Below are positions 61,565 through 64,000 of a DNA stretch of 64,000 nucleotides, piece after piece; the stretch's first letter is position 1; the number at the start of each line of letters is the position of its first letter. The DNA is taken from the IMG/VR virus record IMGVR_UViG_3300014039_000004. One strand, 5' to 3'. Both the position numbers and the translations under genes were made by a program. The DNA is from a virus. The notes under the pieces were generated by a model. That model ran no database searches and was not told the DNA's origin. It saw only the letters and a list, made by a program, of their open reading frames with translations.

Positions 61565-63982
61565 ATGCAACCTAATTATAATGCTCAATTTCCTCAACAA
61601 CGAGTAGGTAAATCTGATAAACTTAAAGCAGAATGGTATACTAATTGCATTGATTATGTTATAGATGCTGGTTTAAGTTTTAATGATAGAACTGAAACTG
61701 AAACTAAACTTAGAATTTTAAGAGGTGATATTCCTGATTCTTTTTATAAGAAAACTCTTAATCCTTATAATAGTAATAATGAAAAATATACAAGATTTCC
61801 TGCTACTATGCGTAATCTTGATATTATGTCAGATATTATTAGACGTTATGTTTCAGAATATTTTAAAGGTGTTCATGAATTTATTGTTGGTGCTAATAAT
61901 CCAGATATTGTAGCTAATAAGAATGCTAAACTTAAAGCTAAGATGATGGAACTAGCTGAACAAGCATTTCAACAAGAACTTCAAAAACAACAACAAGCTG
62001 CACAACAACAAGCTGTTCAACAAGGTCAAGACCCTAATACTGTTAATCCACAAGATAATATGCCAGACCCTGAACAGTTCATTAAAGAATTTAATGAAAA
62101 ATATATTGATGATGAAAGTAGACAAGGTCAAGATATGTTAGATTATATTCGAGCTATGACTCAAGATAATCTTATATATCTTACTTCTTTTTTTAATTTT
62201 GTTTCTCTTGGAGAATGTTATTCATATTGTGATATTAGAGGAAGTAAAATAATTAAAGAAGCTATTCCTGTTATTGATGCTTTTCCAATACCTAATGGCA
62301 ATTTTTTTGTTGAAGACCATGATATGTTTGCTAGAAGAATGATGTTGTCTTATCAACAAATTCTTGATATGTTTGATAATAATCTTAGTGAAACAGATAA
62401 AAAGTTTCTTGAAACATATTATAGTCATCATTCTAGTCCTAACGGTATTGTAAGACTTTCTTATAATCAATATTTTGAATCTTATCCAGATGTTTGTAGT
62501 AAGTTTACTAGTGAAGAAAGAAAATTGTTTCAATCTGAACCTGTAAGTGTTTATGAAGGAAATAATAATCTTTATGAAGTATGGCATGTAGTTTGGAGGG
62601 GTGAAGCTAGACGTGGTGTTCTTACTTATGTTAATGAAATAGGAATGACTACTACTAAAATAGTAGATGAAGATTACGAACTTGATAAATCTAAAGGAGA
62701 TATAAGTATTGAATGGGAATATGAACCACAAGTTTATGAAGGTTATAGAATAGGTAATAGATATACTGCTATTTATCCTATTAAAGCAAGACCTATAGCA
62801 TTTAATCGTAACGGTAAACTTCCTTATAATGGTATTATGGAAGTACTTCCTATGATGGGTAAATTTAGTATTATTAAACTTGTTACTCCATATCAGATTA
62901 TGCGAAATATTTTTGCTTATCATAGAGAAATGATTATTGCTAAAAATAAAATGCTTATTCTTCTTCTTCCTGAAAGTCTTATTGCTTCAAATACTGAAGA
63001 TAAGATTTATAAAATGGCAGCAGATGGTGTTCTTCTTGTAGATGATAGTGAGGATGCAAATAGTCAAAAAATGGCTAATATTAGATTACTTAATGCTAAT
63101 ATGGGTCAATATATAACTGAACTTACTAATCTTATAGAAGCTACTAAACAAGAAGCTCGTGAAATGGTAGATATGAATATGCAACGATATGGTGAAATTA
63201 CACAATCTGCTGGAGCTGCTACTACACAAGAAGCTATTGCTCGTTCCAGTATGGGTATGGTTATTCTAGTTCAAATGTTTGATGAATTTAGAAAAGCTGA
63301 TTATAATCGAGATTTAGATTATTGTAAACTCGCTTATATTGATGGACTTGATACTTCTTATTGGGATGAACTTGGTAAACGTAGATTTATAAGTCTTGAT
63401 GTTAATAGTTTTGTTAATTCAGATTATTCTACTACAGTTCGTAACGATTCTAAAGAACTTGATAAAATTCAACAACTTCGTCAATGGGCATTTAGTGCTG
63501 CTCAAAATGGTGATTTAGATATGGCACTTGCAGCTATTACAGGTGATAATGTTTCTCAAATTAAAGCTACTGTTACTAAATTTAATGCTATTAAACAACA
63601 GCATGAAGAACAAATGAAACAGATGGAGCAGATGATTAAACAAGAAGAAATTGAGAATAAACTTAAAGAAATAGCTGCTAAAGGTGAACAAGATAGACTT
63701 ACTGAACAACTTAAATATCAATATGAACTTCAACTTAAATATGTTGATGTTGATATGGGCATATTAAATAATACTGCTAGTGATAATAATGCTGCTAAAA
63801 ATAGACTTACAGAATTAGCTGAACAAAATAAAGCTAATATTGAACAACAAAAAATTCAACTTGCTCGTGAACAAATGATGGCTGATAGTTATTCAAAAGC
63901 AGCTGATAGACAAGTTAAACGAGAAGATATGAAATCTAAAGAAAAAATTGCTAAAACTAATAAGAATAAATATGATAAATAA
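61565..63982 (+). CDS. portal protein (tentative)
   Basis: 805-aa ORF immediately after terL, with a Gln-rich insert and a long C-terminal coiled coil. The assignment rests on position and size. Confidence 0.55.
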   Translation: MQPNYNAQFPQQRVGKSDKLKAEWYTNCIDYVIDAGLSFNDRTETETKLRILRGDIPDSFYKKTLNPYNSNNEKYTRFPATMRNLDIMSDIIRRYVSEYFKGVHEFIVGANNPDIVANKNAKLKAKMMELAEQAFQQELQKQQQAAQQQAVQQGQDPNTVNPQDNMPDPEQFIKEFNEKYIDDESRQGQDMLDYIRAMTQDNLIYLTSFFNFVSLGECYSYCDIRGSKIIKEAIPVIDAFPIPNGNFFVEDHDMFARRMMLSYQQILDMFDNNLSETDKKFLETYYSHHSSPNGIVRLSYNQYFESYPDVCSKFTSEERKLFQSEPVSVYEGNNNLYEVWHVVWRGEARRGVLTYVNEIGMTTTKIVDEDYELDKSKGDISIEWEYEPQVYEGYRIGNRYTAIYPIKARPIAFNRNGKLPYNGIMEVLPMMGKFSIIKLVTPYQIMRNIFAYHREMIIAKNKMLILLLPESLIASNTEDKIYKMAADGVLLVDDSEDANSQKMANIRLLNANMGQYITELTNLIEATKQEAREMVDMNMQRYGEITQSAGAATTQEAIARSSMGMVILVQMFDEFRKADYNRDLDYCKLAYIDGLDTSYWDELGKRRFISLDVNSFVNSDYSTTVRNDSKELDKIQQLRQWAFSAAQNGDLDMALAAITGDNVSQIKATVTKFNAIKQQHEEQMKQMEQMIKQEEIENKLKEIAAKGEQDRLTEQLKYQYELQLKYVDVDMGILNNTASDNNAAKNRLTELAEQNKANIEQQKIQLAREQMMADSYSKAADRQVKREDMKSKEKIAKTNKNKYDK

Positions 63983-64000
63983 TATATTATGCCTAGAAAT

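Noticed and set aside
27338-63733. Opposite-strand or embedded ORFs within other genes. Examples are 27338..27532, 28970..29179, 30321..30551, 32283..32495, 34823..35026, 37011..37307, 37619..37954, 38372..38776, 39087..39314, 40237..40779, 42064..42684, 43614..43811, 46292..46522, 49640..49840, 53543..53861, 55895..56083, 57119..57313, 58160..58447, 60089..60416, 60674..60865, 61725..61913, 62222..62923 and 63515..63733.
   Set aside because: These are shadow ORFs with low-complexity or hydrophobic junk translations. Those opposite the GC-richer genes exist only because stop codons are rare there.
63989-64000. An ATG at 63989 opens a new + strand ORF (MPRN...).
   Set aside because: Only four codons fall inside the window, which is too little to support a call.

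Overview
This window is strongly AT-rich, densely coding phage DNA. Its gene content and layout match a crAss-like (Crassvirales-type) phage of Bacteroidota. All protein calls come from motifs read by eye; no homology search, folding or statistics software was available.

There are three transcription blocks:
- (i) nt 1-26245, + strand: three mid-size virion-module genes, then two giant ORFs. The first is 2677 aa, with an HExxH zincin motif and an ART-PolyVal-like C-terminus. The second is 4609 aa, with a DFDID signature, and is the candidate virion-packaged RNA polymerase. A + strand tRNA cluster follows (Asn-GTT, Glu-TTC, Met-CAT and one degenerate tRNA-like element), closed by convergent terminators.
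- (ii) nt 27275-53914, - strand: nucleotide-metabolism and replication genes. These are two thioredoxin-fold proteins, dUTPase, dCMP deaminase, ThyX, ATP-dependent DNA ligase, a Toprim primase-like protein, a RecT-like protein, family B DNA polymerase, a UDG-like protein and an SF1 helicase. The block also holds tRNA-Lys(TTT), tRNA-Leu(TAA) and an island of small genes separated by long structured spacers.
- (iii) nt 55184-64000, + strand: small genes, a PD-(D/E)XK nuclease, a candidate lysis cassette, the large terminase and the portal.

Blocks ii and iii diverge from a 1.27-kb non-coding region. It has extreme strand-compositional asymmetry, a perfect 22-bp palindrome and a 34-nt alternating pyrimidine-purine tract, so it is a candidate origin or control region.

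The most unusual signal is a ~20-nt G-run motif, TTCTTCTACRGGGGAGCTAAT. It occurs 15 times on both strands, in spacers and inside 8 CDSs in different reading registers, with almost perfectly alternating orientation.

Two further repeat families stand out. One is three covarying nested stem-loops with an invariant 17-mer. The other is a duplicated 26-nt upstream block with tandem 22-24-bp repeats.
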